Source: a virus. From it: 64,000 nucleotides of DNA. The stretch spans positions 1-64,000 of the IMG/VR virus record IMGVR_UViG_3300037205_000062. One strand, written 5' to 3'. A program made the position numbers and the translations under genes. Below are positions 43,826 to 53,895 of the stretch, piece after piece (position 1 is the stretch's first letter; the number at the start of each line of letters is the position of its first letter). The notes under the pieces were generated by a model that ran no database searches, had not been told where the DNA came from, and worked only from the letters and a program-made list of their open reading frames with translations.

Positions 43826-44752
43826 ATGCCTTCAAGAATATTATATGTCGGACAATCTGTGACGATAACTACCTTCGGTGGTTATGTCCGTAATTTGCCA
43901 GTTCAATCAGCTAGTTGTGATGTTACTCAACCAGCAGAAGACGTTCTTTCTTTCGGTCAAATCGGTTCATTGGGCCGTTATCAAACATCAGTAACTACCT
44001 GTAAATCAACAGTTAAATCTTATGTTCCTTTACCTCCTACTGGAACTAGTTTTGCTGGTGACGTAACTGGTGGCGCTTCACCTGATAAAAATTATATTGA
44101 TGCTACTTTCATTCAAGCTCTTACTGGTGATGCTTTAGCTGGTAACATTGCTACTATTAACGTTTCTCCTAATGGATTTATACTTTCAGGAATTTTATCA
44201 TCATTTTCAGTTGATATTTCTAATGGTGGATTTGCTATGGCAGATTTCGGGTTTGAAGGTGTAGGACAACCATTTTTCGCCGCACAACCTATTGGAAATA
44301 ACTATGCAGTTCCAGGAAATATGCCTAGTTCATTTACTCCAGTTATTTCATCTCACGTTTCTGGTATTTATAATCCAAATACTCAAGCAATTACTGGTAA
44401 TACAGCTAGTTCTTTGAAATTTACTTTAGATATTCCTACGGATCAATTAAGCTCATTAGGTGGGGCTATTACTGGTTCCCAAGTAACTGTGGCTCCTTAT
44501 TTTCTAAAGGTAGCTAAACCTCCCTTTAAGGCTACTATAGCTGTTGATGGAACTTCAGTAGCTATTCCAGTCGGCACTGGCGCTGCTAATAATACATATA
44601 TTATTGGTGGACTTGGTATTACATTACCAAGTGCTATTGTAACTAGTTATTCGTTCAATAACGCAGTAGGGAATGTTGGTGCTACTTACAATTACACAAT
44701 AGAAGATGTAAACTGCTTATTTACAGACGTAACAAATAATTATCTTTACTAA
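43826..44752 (+). CDS. major tail tube protein
   Basis: 308 aa beta-rich, VQS...DV..FGQ motif, followed by a terminator and upstream of chaperones/TMP. Confidence 0.7.
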   Translation: MPSRILYVGQSVTITTFGGYVRNLPVQSASCDVTQPAEDVLSFGQIGSLGRYQTSVTTCKSTVKSYVPLPPTGTSFAGDVTGGASPDKNYIDATFIQALTGDALAGNIATINVSPNGFILSGILSSFSVDISNGGFAMADFGFEGVGQPFFAAQPIGNNYAVPGNMPSSFTPVISSHVSGIYNPNTQAITGNTASSLKFTLDIPTDQLSSLGGAITGSQVTVAPYFLKVAKPPFKATIAVDGTSVAIPVGTGAANNTYIIGGLGITLPSAIVTSYSFNNAVGNVGATYNYTIEDVNCLFTDVTNNYLY

Positions 44753-44775
44753 TTTTCAGTTTATTCATATATATC

Positions 44776-44801
44776 AAGCCCATCGAAAGATGGGCTTTTT
44801 T
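44776..44801 (+). terminator. Rho-independent terminator
   Basis: AAGCCCATC-gaaa-GATGGGCTT plus T-run. Confidence 0.9.
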
Positions 44802-44811
44802 ATTTATTTAT

Positions 44812-44834
44812 GTGTAAGTATTATTGGTAAAAGG
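44812..44834 (+). promoter_or_regulatory. GTGTAA late promoter plus TTGGTAAAAGG leader
   Basis: Same arrangement as 57296-57318. Confidence 0.6.
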
Positions 44835-44841
44835 CGCAGTT

Positions 44842-45204
44842 ATGAATAATAGTCCAGAAAATAATTTAGTGACGCTACAAACACAAAAAGAAATTACTTC
44901 TCTTTATAAGAACTTTTTAGAAATACTAGAAAATATCAAGCAACAACATGAAACAATGTTAAGGAAAGCTTCTGTTAATGTCGATGAAAATTACTTAAAA
45001 GATATTAATTATTTTACTAAAGAATATCATGATTATATTAGGAAGAAAATACTTGATGAGGGCAATGATACTTCAAGGACATTATTGACTTTTTTAGATT
45101 ATTTTGATTTTCAAATTAACCCACAAAAATTACAACAGGCGACCGAAAAACAAAAGATAATAAAAAGAGTTGTAATAAGTAACCCAATCGAGTATAATAA
45201 GTAA
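44842..45204 (+). CDS. hypothetical protein (tail assembly region)
   Basis: ORF 44824..45204, ATG 44842 after AAGG. Confidence 0.7.
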   Translation: MNNSPENNLVTLQTQKEITSLYKNFLEILENIKQQHETMLRKASVNVDENYLKDINYFTKEYHDYIRKKILDEGNDTSRTLLTFLDYFDFQINPQKLQQATEKQKIIKRVVISNPIEYNK

Positions 45205-45209
45205 TAAAT

Positions 45210-46025
45210 ATGAGCAATATTAAATATTTGTATGAGACTTTAATTAATAAAGAAGTAGAAGAACAAATTATAGAAACACGGGAAGAAAATGGTAAAAGTA
45301 TCACAACTACTTCTCCAATTAAAAAAATAAAAACTGTTAAAGTATCTATTCAACAACCAGATCGTAAATTATCTAAAGGTGCCGAATTATTCTATTCTAA
45401 AAGTTTAGCTCATTATTTGAAAGAAGGGCTTATGCCATATTCTTTAGTTGCCAAAAGATATGCTAATGATGGAGGACCACTTACAGAAGCAGAAATTAAA
45501 AGACTTCAAGAACTTAAAGATAAACTTAAAATACTTGAAAAAGAATTTTTTGAAACGCTAGTTAATAAGCCAGAAACACCAGAAGAAGATCAAATATTAG
45601 CGCAAAAAAAAACTAGCCTTTTATTAGAAATTAATTCTTATAATGCGGAAGCTTCTGGTATTCAGAATTCTTATGTTGATATTTTTGATAATACAGCAGA
45701 AATGAAATCTCATCATGATACTATTGAATGGTTAGCTTTATTTTTAATTAATGTCGATGAAGATGGTAAGGGATATAAACCTCTTTTTGGAGATGGTGAT
45801 CCTACTAAGTCGGATGATTATGCCCAAAAGGTATCTAAACTAGAAGAATTTGAAAATAAAAATAATCCTTTCTATAATGAAATTATTAAAAAACTTTCTT
45901 ATTTAATTAGTTTTTGGTTTACAGCTAGAACTCCTATATCACAAAATGATTTCAAAACTATGGAAAAGCTTTATGATGATACATTAAGTACATATAAAGT
46001 GGCCCCATTAGAACCTGTATCATAA
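45210..46025 (+). CDS. putative tail assembly chaperone
   Basis: Acidic helical protein between tail tube and TMP. Confidence 0.55.
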   Translation: MSNIKYLYETLINKEVEEQIIETREENGKSITTTSPIKKIKTVKVSIQQPDRKLSKGAELFYSKSLAHYLKEGLMPYSLVAKRYANDGGPLTEAEIKRLQELKDKLKILEKEFFETLVNKPETPEEDQILAQKKTSLLLEINSYNAEASGIQNSYVDIFDNTAEMKSHHDTIEWLALFLINVDEDGKGYKPLFGDGDPTKSDDYAQKVSKLEEFENKNNPFYNEIIKKLSYLISFWFTARTPISQNDFKTMEKLYDDTLSTYKVAPLEPVS

Positions 46026-46026
46026 T

Positions 46027-46917
46027 GTGGTTGGTTCATTACAAACAGAAGTAGAAAAGCTTAAAACAATTTATTACGAAATTGTTCGTGGGCATACTTT
46101 TATTCCAGAACTAGATGTTTATATAAAACATTTTAGTGAATTAGAAAATATTGAAATAGCTAATAAAAAACAGCTGTTCTACAATCAATATATTAAAGAA
46201 GGTATTCCATCCTATGAAGAAAGAATGAAAATGCTTAATGAAATAGGGGAATGGACTAAAGCTGATGAAGAAAATATTATTTTCTTAAGAGGCGCCATTA
46301 TTGATAATGAAAAAAATATTCCCACAATGACTATGATGAATAAGGTTATTCCAGAGCAACAAGAATATCTTAAACAAATTATTAAAGACAAAAAAAAAGA
46401 ATTAACCACTGCTCTTTTAAAAAAACGTAGTATTCTTGGGGCAACAGCAGAAGAATTTTCCGAAAGAGATACTATAAACTATATGACTTATAGGGCGCTT
46501 CAATCTAGTAATAATAAACCATTATTTGAATCATTTGATGATTTTCTTGAATTGGATGACGACCTAATGGAAACTTATATTGTAAAAATGGATGAAGCTG
46601 TTGCAAAATTTGATGAACAAAATATACGAAAGATTGCTGTCATGCCATTTTTTATTAATATGTTTTCCTATACTAAAGAAAATGTATTTTTTTTCTTTAA
46701 TAAGGCGATGATAGAACTGACTAATTTTCAATTTATGTTAATAAGTTTGGGCAGTAGAAATCTTGGAGTTCTTCAAAATTGTGATAAAGAACCACCTGAA
46801 ATTTTAGAAGTAAGTGATTTAGATAAACTAGTAAGTTTTTATGATATGGAATTTTCAGTTTTACTAGGGAAACGACATACTACACGCCCAAGTCAAAATA
46901 GAGTAGTTGTTGGATGA
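46027..46917 (+). CDS. putative tail assembly chaperone 2
   Basis: Acidic helical protein immediately before TMP; GTG start. Confidence 0.55.
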   Translation: MVGSLQTEVEKLKTIYYEIVRGHTFIPELDVYIKHFSELENIEIANKKQLFYNQYIKEGIPSYEERMKMLNEIGEWTKADEENIIFLRGAIIDNEKNIPTMTMMNKVIPEQQEYLKQIIKDKKKELTTALLKKRSILGATAEEFSERDTINYMTYRALQSSNNKPLFESFDDFLELDDDLMETYIVKMDEAVAKFDEQNIRKIAVMPFFINMFSYTKENVFFFFNKAMIELTNFQFMLISLGSRNLGVLQNCDKEPPEILEVSDLDKLVSFYDMEFSVLLGKRHTTRPSQNRVVVG

Positions 46918-46952
46918 TAATTATATTAAATTTTATTATAGTAAGTCTTTTG

Positions 46953-46959
46953 GTGTAAT
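46953..46959 (+). promoter_or_regulatory. GTGTAAT putative late promoter (tape measure)
   Basis: Recurrent motif followed by TAGTAAAGG. Confidence 0.6.
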
Positions 46960-46986
46960 TTACATAGTAAAGGTTAAAGATATTAT

Positions 46987-49900
46987 ATGTCACAAGCAGA
47001 TATAATTGCCTCAGTGGGTTTGGTACCAGAACAAAGTAGCTTAAATCAAATTGAAGCTGCTGTAGCAAACGCTGTTTCTAAAGGTAGTCAAAGAGGAACG
47101 CAAAAAGGATTAATACAAGGAATTAATGCTAATGCTTATGTTCAACCATTAGGCAGAATCACAGGTAAAGCTAATGAATTTGAAAAATCAATGGCGGCGG
47201 CTAATGCTCGTGTTATTGCTTTCGGTGCTTCAACAGCTCCAATTTTTGCGATGGGGGCAGCTTTTCATAAACTAGTCGAATCTACTATTGAAGTTCAAAA
47301 AGTAATGACGGGTATTAATGCTATTTTTGGACTAGGAGCAGGAAATCTTAGAACATTTACATCTCAATTATTTCAAGTTGCTAATCAAACTGGTCAATCA
47401 TTTAATATGGCTGCTGATGCCGCAACAGAATTTGCTCGTCAGGGTTTGAATGTAGAAGAAACTCTAAAAAGAACTTCCGCCGCTTTAATTCTTAATAAAA
47501 TTTCTGGTTTAGATATGGGTGAAGCTGTTTCATCTATTACTTCTATCTTAAACGGTTTTTCTAAAGAAGCTCTTAATTCTACAGATATTATTAATAGAAT
47601 GACATCTGTTGATACTCAATTCGCTGTATCTGCTGGTGACTTGGCAGAAGCTTTAAAGCGTGTAGGTGCGTCAGCTAATGATGCTAATGTTTCATTTAAT
47701 CAAACTCTTGGTTTAATTACTGCCGCAAGACAAATTACAGGTCGTGAAGGTTCAGTTATTGGTAACTCATTTAAAACAATGTTTACTCGCTTACAGCGTC
47801 CAGAAGTTTTAAGCGATTTGGAAGAGGCTGGTATTAAAGTTCGTGATCTTAGTGGTAAAACCTTACCTTTAATTGAAGTATTAAAAGATTTAGCTGGTAC
47901 TTATAATAGTTTAGCGGCTTCGCAAAAATCATTTGTATCAGAAGCGGTTGGTGGTGTTTATCAAATTAATATCTTAAAAGGTATTATGCGCGACTTAAGT
48001 TCTGGAGTAAGTATTTATGATAACGCCGTTACTGCCGCTGATAATTCAACAAGCGCCGTGACAAAACGTATGGAAGTTTTGAATTCTACTTTGTCTTCTG
48101 GACTTGTTAGAACTATGAATGATTTGGCATTAGCTTCATCAAATGTTGGTAATGCTTTAATTGGTAATTCAATGAAAAATGGTATTGGATTTTTCGATAA
48201 CATGCTTAAAGGAACTATTGAAAATACTAATCCAGATAATAAGGCTCCAGGAGCACAAGCTATTCAAGCTGGTATTAAAGGATTAGGTAATTTTTTAGCT
48301 GGCCCAGGTGTTCAAGTAGGTGTTAATATTATACTAAAATTATTAGATAGACTTAGAGATTTTAGTATGAAATCAGGAAAAGATTTATTAGGTCTTGATG
48401 CTGGAATAAAAGAAAGAGAAACTCTTGAACAAAAATATTTTGAAATCCTTTCGAGAGAAAAGGAAAAGGTTGATGAAATTATAGCGGGCAAAAGAACTTT
48501 AAATGAACTTATTAGTTCAACTATTTCTGCTTCTGTTCAGGGAGGGCAAAGAGAAAATTTATTAAGAACAATGGCTGCTGGTGCTGCGGCTTCAACCGTT
48601 GGTAAAATTCCAATTAATAATACTTCAGAAATACCTAATTTATTTAATCCAGTTGCGAATGCTCTTTATAAAGAAAATGTTCTTACTGGAGGAAATGCTA
48701 GATTAAGTTATAGTCCATTATTAGTTTCGTCTAATAACCCATTTGGATTAGCAGCTATTGATAGTAGAACACAAAAAAATGCTACCGATGCTGTTATGCA
48801 ACATAAAATTTTGGGGCAAACAACAACACAAATTAAAAATGGAATGTCTGTTCCTCATTTGGCAACTGGTATTGACCTATCGGTTTTATTAAGTACATTT
48901 GGTTTCCTTGCTCAAATGGGACATTCTACTGATAATATTCAAAAATTTATTAATGTGGTTCCTCAATTATTTTCTGCTACTGAAAAAGAAATCTATGCTA
49001 AAAGAAAACTTGTTGATGAATTCGATAAGATGGGAAAAGATTTACTTACTACTGGGAAACCTCAAACTTTCTATGGAAATAAATTTTCTAATTTACAGCA
49101 AGTTTCTCAATCAGAGGTTGTAAAAGAAATTGAAGTTTTTAGACAGCAAGTAAAAGAATTCGGAGGAAAACAAGATACTGATAGAAAAAATATTTGGAAT
49201 ACTGGATTTAAGATTGCTAATTGGTCTGCTTTCGGTGGTGCCGCTTTATCACAAACTTTAGGTAATGTATCACCAACGGCAGGAGCAAGTGCTGAGGTTT
49301 TACAAGCTGGTATAACTGCTGCTGGCCAAGCATTAATAGCTTTTCCTAATAAAATTGGTAAAGCTTTATCTGTTGGTTTAGCGGCTAGTGGTGTACTAAA
49401 TGCTTTGGATACTTTTGGAAAAGGACTTGAAAATCAAAGAGCTGCCGCTGATTTAGAACTAGGAAGACTAAAAAATGTTAATGAAAGTTTACAAACACTT
49501 TCTCAAACATCTAGCAATTTAACTAATCTTTATAATGATGCTGGTAGTTCTGTAGAAACCATTTCTCGCGAAACTAAAAAATATTCTGAAACTTTGGCGG
49601 CGTTAAGTCAACTTTCTGGCGGGGCGGATATGGCAAGAAAAATTGCCTTGGCACCAAGTTCAGACGCACGTCAAGGAGTTATTCAAGATTTATTAGGTCA
49701 ACAAAGTAAACGAGCTGAAACTACAGCTTCTTTAATTAATGCCCAAGAGCTATTCGGAAAAAGAAGTTTTTTTGGGATGAATCATATCCCAGGTCTTCAA
49801 TCAAATGAGGGTTACGTTTATTCTAATGACTATGAAAAAGATTCCGTTAAACAACAATTAGTGGAAAATGCTTCTGTTGCTATAAGTAATATGGGTGATG

Positions 49901-52900
49901 ATTTCAAAACCGCTCTTATTGGAAGCGTCGAAAGTCTATCTCAATTTACTGATATTTTAAGTAAATTTAATGGTGGTGGAGCAGAAGATATTAGAGGTTA
50001 TCTTGGAGAAATAAAAAGTTCTGGAGGAAGTGGGGCTTATAATAAAGTTATTCAAGAAATTAGAAGTCTATTGACCGAAAAACTTGTATTAGAAAGAAAT
50101 CCTCAAGTAACCAATTTATTAGGTTCTTCTCGCGGCAAATTAGAAGCTCAACAATTAAACATTGATAATGCCGTAAAAAATCAACAATATATTCAAAGAT
50201 TGTTTTTGAATCAAGGGGTTTTGGGTATCCAAAATGTATTAGATGTGCGTCAATCAAATGTTAGAGGAGCTTATAATCAGGAAATGGCAAGAGTTTCTGG
50301 ATATGAAATTAATAGTCCATTATTTGCTCAATCTCATGGGGAAAGAACAGTAGCCCAAAGAGAATATGGAATTAATTTACAAAAAAACGCTATTGAAACC
50401 AGAAACGCTTTAACTAATCTTAATATTGAAACTAATAGAAATTTAGTAGGTTCTTTGGCGCAAAATTTTGATGAAAATTTAGCCAAAAGCGCAAAATCTG
50501 GTAATCTTCCAAATATTACTGGAGAAAAGAATTTGGGTATTAGTGAAAATAGAGCAAATTTAATTACAGCTATTAATACTGGATTAACTAGCGTTCTTAA
50601 AGGTAACGCTGGTGATATTATTAATAAATTTACTGGCGCAAATGGACAATTTAATTTTCAAGCATTTTCTAAATCTGCTGCTCAAGGAGGAAGTAATAAT
50701 CCAGTTATACAAGCTCAAGTTGAAAAGTATTTGAATAGTCAACAATCAATTGATATTCTAAAAACTCTTAATCAATCCGCTCTTAAGCAAAATGAAATTT
50801 TACAAGATTTCAAAGTTAAAAGCGTAGAGGAACAACAAAAACTTACTGCCGCTATTCAAGAAGCAGATTTTAAAAGACAAATTTCTTATTTAGGTGGAAT
50901 ACAAAGTTTATTAGATAGAAATAGCCTTCGTGGAACAATGCGAGATGTTCAAAGAGGTATTTATATGATGTCTAATCCTAACGCTTCTGCTATGACTCAA
51001 TCCATGGGAGCTACAACTTTATTAGAAGCATTAAAGAAAATGAATGTTCCAATGGACATGAGCAATCCTTTAATTAACAAAGCGTTTAGTGTGGGTATTT
51101 CTAGTGGAGCTAGTCTTTTTGGTTCATATAGAGATAAAATCCTTAATAATGTAGCTAGTAAAACTGGAGCCGAAAGTGCTGAAACAGTTGGTCTTTCTCA
51201 AGCATTAGGTATCAATTTACAAGAGGCAGTTTCTAAAATGTTCCAAGCTGAATTTAAACCAGAAGGAAGTATTTCTACTAGTGATGGAGGCTTTATTGAT
51301 TCCGCTGCTTACTTAAAACCTTTTGATGATGGATTAATAGCATCTACAAAATCACTATACGATTTTCCAATAGCTATACAATCTACTATTAATGATTTGA
51401 AAAATGCTGCTAGTGGTATACAAGACGCAAAGGCATCTTATGATACTACCATGAAACAAGTTGATAAACAACTTGAAAATTTAATGCAGTCTATTCAAGA
51501 CAAATATAAAGAAGCTTCACAAAGTCCAGAGCCAGGAAAACAACAAAATATTTTAGGATATGTTAAAGATGTTTTACCAAGTATTATATCTGGGGTAGGA
51601 ATGGCTTTAGCTACAGCTTTTATTAATAGAGGAGGAGGGTTATTTAAAACTGGTTTTAATCTTCTTACTGGTAAACTTTCTAAGAGTACAGTAACCGAAG
51701 GAGAGCAACAGATAGTTAATGCTATTCAATCTAGTGGTAATGGAATTTCTAGTGTTTTAAGAGGAGGTGGGGGCGGTTCTTATTCAATTGGTGGAGAGGG
51801 GACATCTGCTGATTTTGCTTCAGCAAGTGGGGCTTGGAAAAATACTCTCGCTTCTGGTAGAATGAGAATTCATATTCCAACAAATTTACCATCCACTATA
51901 TTAAGCGATTTGGGACAACCAATAAATTCAGGATCAGCGGGTGAATTACCAAAAATTTTTAAATTAAGTTCTATTAATCCACCAAAACTTACTATTCCAA
52001 AATTATTAAGAGTAGGAAATTTACAAAAAGCTTTAGATTTAATACAAAATGATATAGTAAAATCTCAAGGAGAAATTGAAATTTTAACTAAACAATATCA
52101 ATTGAATTTAGAAAAAATAGCCCAAGATATACATTTGGGTAGAAATACTTTAATTAAAATTAATGGAGAAGATGTTAATTTTTCTGGTTGGAAAGGGATT
52201 GGTAAATCAAATATTTTACAAAGACTTTCGGATATGGGAATGTCTTCTGACTCTTTCAAAGAAAATGCTACGAAAAATATTTTAGAGCATGCAAAACAAA
52301 GATTAAATAAACTAGCCGCATTTGAACAAAATATTAAAAATATAAATTTTGATAAAATATCAACAGCTAATTCAGCTAATAGAGCGTCTTTCTTTAGTTA
52401 TCAACAAGGTTCTGTTATTCACGCAAGAGAACAACAATATATAGAACAATTACATAATGATTTTAGAGGACCAGCCATTGCTAATTCTATGGCAGAAAAA
52501 GCCAGAACACCCGCTAATTTATTAAGACAAGATTTACTTCGTAAGAGTATAGAAAATAAACAATTTGAAGCTTGGAAAAGGATGATAGCGAACAATAATT
52601 CTGGTATTCCAGAATATAGTATTAAAGGAAATAATATAAATGATAATATGATTTCTGTTAGAAATACTTCTGGTTTCTCTCAATTACCTTCGAGGTCTAT
52701 TAATGGAATATCTGAATTTATAAAAGATACTAAAGGTATATTATCTAATACTGGTAAATCCATGAATATTCTTCCAACATTATCTGGTGTATTAATGGAA
52801 CAGGCTTGGAAAGGAATCAAATCTTCTTCATTTAATAATAGTTTATTTAACCCATTAAGTTTATCTGGTTTCAAAAATGCTGGAATATTAGGAAAAGGTA

Positions 52901-53889
52901 TACATGGATTAGGTGCCCTTGGTTTAGCTGCTTCTGGATACCAAGCCATTGGAGATTATAAAAATGCTGCTAATGGTGGAAGTTATACACAAGCTACAGG
53001 TAATTTAGCTAATAATTTATTGGGATTTGCTGGACCACTTGGTATGGTTGGTTCTATAGGTAATAGAGTAATTAGTAGTGGAGTTAATAAATTAATTGAT
53101 TATCATTTACAAAGTGTAGAAGGACAAGGATATGGGGGCGTATTAGATATGCAGAGAAAATTAGTAGATGCTCAAAAAAGATGGAAACAAAGAGATGCTG
53201 GTAAAAATCTTATAGCAGCTAATAAGGCTCAAGAATTAGATCAACAAGGAATTTATGAATCATTAGCTAATGATCCTACTCACGCCCAAGGAAGAGCTAG
53301 ACAAGTGTTATCTTCAATTATAGCGCCAGTAAGAGCGGGGTTTAATTTAGATAGAACTCAGTTAAGTACTTTACATGGGATAAGAAATGCTATTTTTAGT
53401 AAAGGTTTTAAGGGGACCGATAAAGATTTTGAAAGTTGGATTGCTAATAATACTGGCGAAGCAGAAAGTAAGCTTACTGGATATTATGGTAAAACATTGC
53501 CCACTTATTTAAATGATAGAAAATATACTGATGGTAATGGTCAAACACATCAAAGATTATTAGCTAGTTCTAATATTTATCCTAATACAACAGTAGCTAA
53601 TGCTCAACAAACAGAACAAAATGGGCAACTTAGTCAAATGATTGATTTATTAAAAGAATTGACTAATTCATCAATTAATGCAGAAGGAGGTAAAACTCTT
53701 GAGCAACATGTAGATTTTGCCACTTTACCTATTAATATAAACGTTAATTCTAATCTTAAGAATTTACCACAAGATACACAAAATTCTATTAATATGGTGG
53801 TAGAAACATTAAAGCAGTCAATTAAAGATTTGAAAGATAGAGTTGCTAAATTGGATGGAACAGTCATCCCAGCTAAAGTAAATAGTTAA
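46987..53889 (+). CDS. tail tape measure protein (TP901-type core)
   Basis: 2300 aa, Ala/Gly-rich helical; EFARQG, LAEAL.R.G..A, IGNSFKTMFTRL motifs. Confidence 0.92.
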   Translation: MSQADIIASVGLVPEQSSLNQIEAAVANAVSKGSQRGTQKGLIQGINANAYVQPLGRITGKANEFEKSMAAANARVIAFGASTAPIFAMGAAFHKLVESTIEVQKVMTGINAIFGLGAGNLRTFTSQLFQVANQTGQSFNMAADAATEFARQGLNVEETLKRTSAALILNKISGLDMGEAVSSITSILNGFSKEALNSTDIINRMTSVDTQFAVSAGDLAEALKRVGASANDANVSFNQTLGLITAARQITGREGSVIGNSFKTMFTRLQRPEVLSDLEEAGIKVRDLSGKTLPLIEVLKDLAGTYNSLAASQKSFVSEAVGGVYQINILKGIMRDLSSGVSIYDNAVTAADNSTSAVTKRMEVLNSTLSSGLVRTMNDLALASSNVGNALIGNSMKNGIGFFDNMLKGTIENTNPDNKAPGAQAIQAGIKGLGNFLAGPGVQVGVNIILKLLDRLRDFSMKSGKDLLGLDAGIKERETLEQKYFEILSREKEKVDEIIAGKRTLNELISSTISASVQGGQRENLLRTMAAGAAASTVGKIPINNTSEIPNLFNPVANALYKENVLTGGNARLSYSPLLVSSNNPFGLAAIDSRTQKNATDAVMQHKILGQTTTQIKNGMSVPHLATGIDLSVLLSTFGFLAQMGHSTDNIQKFINVVPQLFSATEKEIYAKRKLVDEFDKMGKDLLTTGKPQTFYGNKFSNLQQVSQSEVVKEIEVFRQQVKEFGGKQDTDRKNIWNTGFKIANWSAFGGAALSQTLGNVSPTAGASAEVLQAGITAAGQALIAFPNKIGKALSVGLAASGVLNALDTFGKGLENQRAAADLELGRLKNVNESLQTLSQTSSNLTNLYNDAGSSVETISRETKKYSETLAALSQLSGGADMARKIALAPSSDARQGVIQDLLGQQSKRAETTASLINAQELFGKRSFFGMNHIPGLQSNEGYVYSNDYEKDSVKQQLVENASVAISNMGDDFKTALIGSVESLSQFTDILSKFNGGGAEDIRGYLGEIKSSGGSGAYNKVIQEIRSLLTEKLVLERNPQVTNLLGSSRGKLEAQQLNIDNAVKNQQYIQRLFLNQGVLGIQNVLDVRQSNVRGAYNQEMARVSGYEINSPLFAQSHGERTVAQREYGINLQKNAIETRNALTNLNIETNRNLVGSLAQNFDENLAKSAKSGNLPNITGEKNLGISENRANLITAINTGLTSVLKGNAGDIINKFTGANGQFNFQAFSKSAAQGGSNNPVIQAQVEKYLNSQQSIDILKTLNQSALKQNEILQDFKVKSVEEQQKLTAAIQEADFKRQISYLGGIQSLLDRNSLRGTMRDVQRGIYMMSNPNASAMTQSMGATTLLEALKKMNVPMDMSNPLINKAFSVGISSGASLFGSYRDKILNNVASKTGAESAETVGLSQALGINLQEAVSKMFQAEFKPEGSISTSDGGFIDSAAYLKPFDDGLIASTKSLYDFPIAIQSTINDLKNAASGIQDAKASYDTTMKQVDKQLENLMQSIQDKYKEASQSPEPGKQQNILGYVKDVLPSIISGVGMALATAFINRGGGLFKTGFNLLTGKLSKSTVTEGEQQIVNAIQSSGNGISSVLRGGGGGSYSIGGEGTSADFASASGAWKNTLASGRMRIHIPTNLPSTILSDLGQPINSGSAGELPKIFKLSSINPPKLTIPKLLRVGNLQKALDLIQNDIVKSQGEIEILTKQYQLNLEKIAQDIHLGRNTLIKINGEDVNFSGWKGIGKSNILQRLSDMGMSSDSFKENATKNILEHAKQRLNKLAAFEQNIKNINFDKISTANSANRASFFSYQQGSVIHAREQQYIEQLHNDFRGPAIANSMAEKARTPANLLRQDLLRKSIENKQFEAWKRMIANNNSGIPEYSIKGNNINDNMISVRNTSGFSQLPSRSINGISEFIKDTKGILSNTGKSMNILPTLSGVLMEQAWKGIKSSSFNNSLFNPLSLSGFKNAGILGKGIHGLGALGLAASGYQAIGDYKNAANGGSYTQATGNLANNLLGFAGPLGMVGSIGNRVISSGVNKLIDYHLQSVEGQGYGGVLDMQRKLVDAQKRWKQRDAGKNLIAANKAQELDQQGIYESLANDPTHAQGRARQVLSSIIAPVRAGFNLDRTQLSTLHGIRNAIFSKGFKGTDKDFESWIANNTGEAESKLTGYYGKTLPTYLNDRKYTDGNGQTHQRLLASSNIYPNTTVANAQQTEQNGQLSQMIDLLKELTNSSINAEGGKTLEQHVDFATLPININVNSNLKNLPQDTQNSINMVVETLKQSIKDLKDRVAKLDGTVIPAKVNS

Positions 53890-53895
53890 AATTTT

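Noticed and set aside
45990-46030. Programmed frameshift joining the tail chaperones (G/GT type)
   Set aside because: No slippery heptamer; the downstream frame has a TAG at 46009-46011 and its own GTG start
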